From a virus (lineage: Duplodnaviria > Heunggongvirae > Uroviricota > Caudoviricetes), in the IMG/VR virus record IMGVR_UViG_3300028584_001240: a DNA stretch of 64,000 nt; one strand, 5' to 3'. The notes under the pieces were generated by a model. That model worked only from the letters and a program-made list of their open reading frames with translations. It was not told the origin of the DNA and did not search any database. The translations under genes and the position numbers were made by a program. How positions within the stretch are numbered: the first letter of the stretch is position 1; the number at the start of each line of letters is the position of its first letter. Below, one piece after another: positions 61,203-64,000 of the stretch.

Positions 61203-62114
61203 ATGAAAGTATTATTGTTACAACATTTCGAAAGCTACTGGGAAGGTCCACTGAGAGATCTTCACAACACGAATTTTGAAGAATGTATGAGCAAAGTGTT
61301 AGATTTCGTGGCCTCAACCGAAGATCTTGATAAAATTATCATCACACTTTTCGAAGATTATGAACTCAATCATGAGTATGAACTGCTTCAATCCATGTGT
61401 CAAAATAAAGGTATACAACTTGATGTTCATACTTACGGATACGCATGGTATAGAGATCCTAATGACGAAGATAACGGATACCCAGAAGAGACTAGAAATA
61501 TTGATTGGTGTCAAGGCACTCGTGACTATCATGGTGACGAAGATGTTATTGAAATTCATGATTGGCAAAAAGAGTTAAAATCCAATAATGCTGAGGTTTT
61601 GTTGGGTGGTGCATTCGATGGAGAGTGTGTGAAAGACCAAGAAGCTGCACTCGATTGCTTGGAAATTAATTATGAAAGAGTAGAAGGTTTAATAGTCGGT
61701 TCTGGTCATGATTATGAATTTGTGTTAGGTTCGGCATCTGACATTCATGACAGTATGATGTGTTTGATGTCTGACATGGCTGAAAAATATGAAGAATTGT
61801 TATCTGATTGTGATGATGACGAAGATTTATTAGAAGAAGACTGTTTGGATGAGATGATTGAAATTGAAAAAGCATTGAATGATTTTGTTTCTGAAAACAG
61901 AACAATTATAGAAGCTTATGAATTAGAGTTCATCTCTGGAAATGAAGTTATTGATGAAATGATTTATGAGAATATCAAACACGGTACAGCAGCCAGTAAA
62001 TATTCAGACATAGCAGATGAGAAAAATCTTGCTGCCATTAAATCAAAATTGAAAGCTACTGATGAATCACCTGTTATTGAAAAAACAAAATCAAGGAATA
62101 AACTAACCGCATAA
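61203..62114 (+). CDS. Acidic hypothetical protein, possible isochorismatase-like N-domain, basic tail
   Basis: VLLGGAFDGECV resembles the cysteine-hydrolase nucleophile segment (weak). Confidence 0.55.
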   Translation: MKVLLLQHFESYWEGPLRDLHNTNFEECMSKVLDFVASTEDLDKIIITLFEDYELNHEYELLQSMCQNKGIQLDVHTYGYAWYRDPNDEDNGYPEETRNIDWCQGTRDYHGDEDVIEIHDWQKELKSNNAEVLLGGAFDGECVKDQEAALDCLEINYERVEGLIVGSGHDYEFVLGSASDIHDSMMCLMSDMAEKYEELLSDCDDDEDLLEEDCLDEMIEIEKALNDFVSENRTIIEAYELEFISGNEVIDEMIYENIKHGTAASKYSDIADEKNLAAIKSKLKATDESPVIEKTKSRNKLTA

Positions 62115-62235
62115 CAAAATAAAACAACCTTCGGGTTGTTTTTTATTTCTTGAAATTTTTCTTGTTTTTTGATATACTGAAAACTCGTTAAAACCATATT
62201 GATATAGGTGAAAACGCTACAAGCGAGGTTCATTG

Positions 62236-63021
62236 ATGTATTCCATTAAAACTGATTTTAAACAAGACACTATTACAGTTAATGAGTCAGATAAGGAAAA
62301 ATTAATAGAAGTGTCTATTGATGTCGCCAAACATGTCTGTAAAGTTGATAGCAATGCTTATGCTTTTGAATCCGAAGCTAGACTAAGTGTTTTTGATAAG
62401 ATCAATGGAAACATATACTCTATCATGGTATATGCAAAGAGTCCCTTTAATGAATTATGTTTTACATACTCGTTCAGATATGATTCGAATGATACCTTAT
62501 TACTGTACAGCAGCGATGTATTTTTCTCTGACTGGTCCTTATATAATGATTTACCATTAAAAAACACCTATCCTGACTCCATTTATATTAATTTCTATGA
62601 TGATTTTAAAATTGATTCGTATGAAGTTAGCTATCGTAGTGTTATTCGTCATTATATCTACGAAAATGAAGAGTATGATACCACATCCGTTGTCGATTTT
62701 AATTATAAGCTTAAAAACGAAACAATAACCTTAAATATGGAGTATAATTACTGGGATCAGCACACAAACCCAGAAAATTATTTTAGCTTAACCAAACTCA
62801 ATGTTAACGAAGATCAATTAGCACAGGATAAGATATTTCTTAATCTGTTGAATTATATTGAAATGGGCAGTGTTGCAATGACTGACCTATTTGATTATAT
62901 GGTTACCCAAAAAGTAAAGACAGCGGAAGGATTTAAAGCTGCCTATGAGTACTTTACAAATATTGAAGATAAAGAAATGGTAAAAAATAAAATATCTGTT
63001 ATAAAAATGGAAAATATTTAA
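62236..63021 (+). CDS. Hypothetical protein, tag (VIKMENI)
   Basis: GAGG RBS; about 261 aa. Confidence 0.8.
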   Translation: MYSIKTDFKQDTITVNESDKEKLIEVSIDVAKHVCKVDSNAYAFESEARLSVFDKINGNIYSIMVYAKSPFNELCFTYSFRYDSNDTLLLYSSDVFFSDWSLYNDLPLKNTYPDSIYINFYDDFKIDSYEVSYRSVIRHYIYENEEYDTTSVVDFNYKLKNETITLNMEYNYWDQHTNPENYFSLTKLNVNEDQLAQDKIFLNLLNYIEMGSVAMTDLFDYMVTQKVKTAEGFKAAYEYFTNIEDKEMVKNKISVIKMENI

Positions 63022-63042
63022 AAATAGACAACCGCTACTTTT

Positions 63043-63687
63043 TTAGATATTCACCATGTTCAATAATTCAAAATATTGATCAACATTATCATAGGTGATC
63101 TCATCACAAATGGATAGGTTGCCTTTCTCGTGAAACATCTGCTGCAGGTAAAGTACACAAAATTCATAATTATGAAGTATTTTAAAAGACTTATGGATTA
63201 AGTTTTGATTGTGATATCCAAAGTAAGTATAAAGCGGTTCACCATCAGTATCACTTTGAACTTTTATAAATAAATAAGCTCCCCTAATATCATGAGTACA
63301 GCTTGACCATTGTTCATATAAATCATTTTCTTTTGTAAAATAAAACATGTGCTCAATGACATAGTTCACATGAAGTTTAAATTTATCTGCAATAACATTC
63401 TTTTGTTCATGAATAGGTTCGAATTTTTCTCTTAAATCACTTTCAATGTCATGTTTAAAGACAAAACCATTCATTTTCATTGTATCAAAGAAATCTCTAT
63501 TATCTTTAACCGTCATTTTGATAATAAATACCCACCGTTCAGGTTCGTCAATAATCGACATGGTTAAGTAAGGCACATTAAACACGATATTAGTGGTATC
63601 TGTCGAGAGTTTTTTATATCGACTATGATTAAGTTCAGCAGTCTGTTCAAACAATGTCGAACTGACAATATTACAGAGTTCATCCAT
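63043..63687 (-). CDS. Hypothetical protein, tag (LLNMVNI)
   Basis: 214-aa ORF. Confidence 0.8.
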   Translation of the reverse strand: MDELCNIVSSTLFEQTAELNHSRYKKLSTDTTNIVFNVPYLTMSIIDEPERWVFIIKMTVKDNRDFFDTMKMNGFVFKHDIESDLREKFEPIHEQKNVIADKFKLHVNYVIEHMFYFTKENDLYEQWSSCTHDIRGAYLFIKVQSDTDGEPLYTYFGYHNQNLIHKSFKILHNYEFCVLYLQQMFHEKGNLSICDEITYDNVDQYFELLNMVNI

Positions 63688-64000
63688 TTAGGTATTCTTC
63701 CATTCTTTTATTGGCTTCTTGTAAAAATATAAATCTAGCTGATTCATCAACAGGTGTAGTATCATATTTCAAGCGATAATGAATAAAACACAAAAGCTCT
63801 AGCTGACTATCAGTAAATTTATGCTTGGCAGGCATATTTAATTTAATAGGTTGCCCAATATCTTTCAAGACTGGATAAATGTCTTCAACGATTTCTGTAT
63901 ACACAATTCGATAGTCATCATTCATCTTTGAATTATCAGCAATGAACTTTTTTAAGAACGTATAAAAAGGGTCTTTATCTTTTATGTAATTATCCATCAT
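63680..64000 (-). CDS. Hypothetical protein, probably truncated by the window edge
   Basis: Open frame reaches the window end; overlaps the 63687 start. Confidence 0.6.
   Translation of the reverse strand: MMDNYIKDKDPFYTFLKKFIADNSKMNDDYRIVYTEIVEDIYPVLKDIGQPIKLNMPAKHKFTDSQLELLCFIHYRLKYDTTPVDESARFIFLQEANKRMEEYLNG

Overview
AT-rich (roughly 30% GC by eye), gene-dense 64 kb segment with about 80 ORFs, mostly on the minus strand. Most are single genes or short operons with their own sigma70-like promoter and intrinsic terminator. No capsid, terminase, integrase, rRNA or core-chromosome operon is recognisable. The scattered host-type genes look proteobacterial: methyl-accepting chemotaxis protein, ErpA, inverse autotransporter, EndA, TilS, HPF, bS21, Gln-dependent NadE, and tRNAs Gly, Thr and fMet. 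They sit among many orphan paralog arrays, which suggests a very large extrachromosomal element (megaplasmid or huge phage); that is inference. The strongest unexplained signal is at protein C-termini. At least 20 otherwise diverse 180-300 aa proteins end in the same tag, hydrophobic-hydrophobic-x-M-x-x-[IVLY]-stop. A largely separate set of about 10 proteins ends in Lys-rich tails such as KIKPS, KFKP and RKPIKP. The tRNA operon also carries several non-tRNA structured RNAs, one of which has a homolog 1.6 kb away. A GATC- and hairpin-rich intergenic region near 32.5 kb is a candidate origin.
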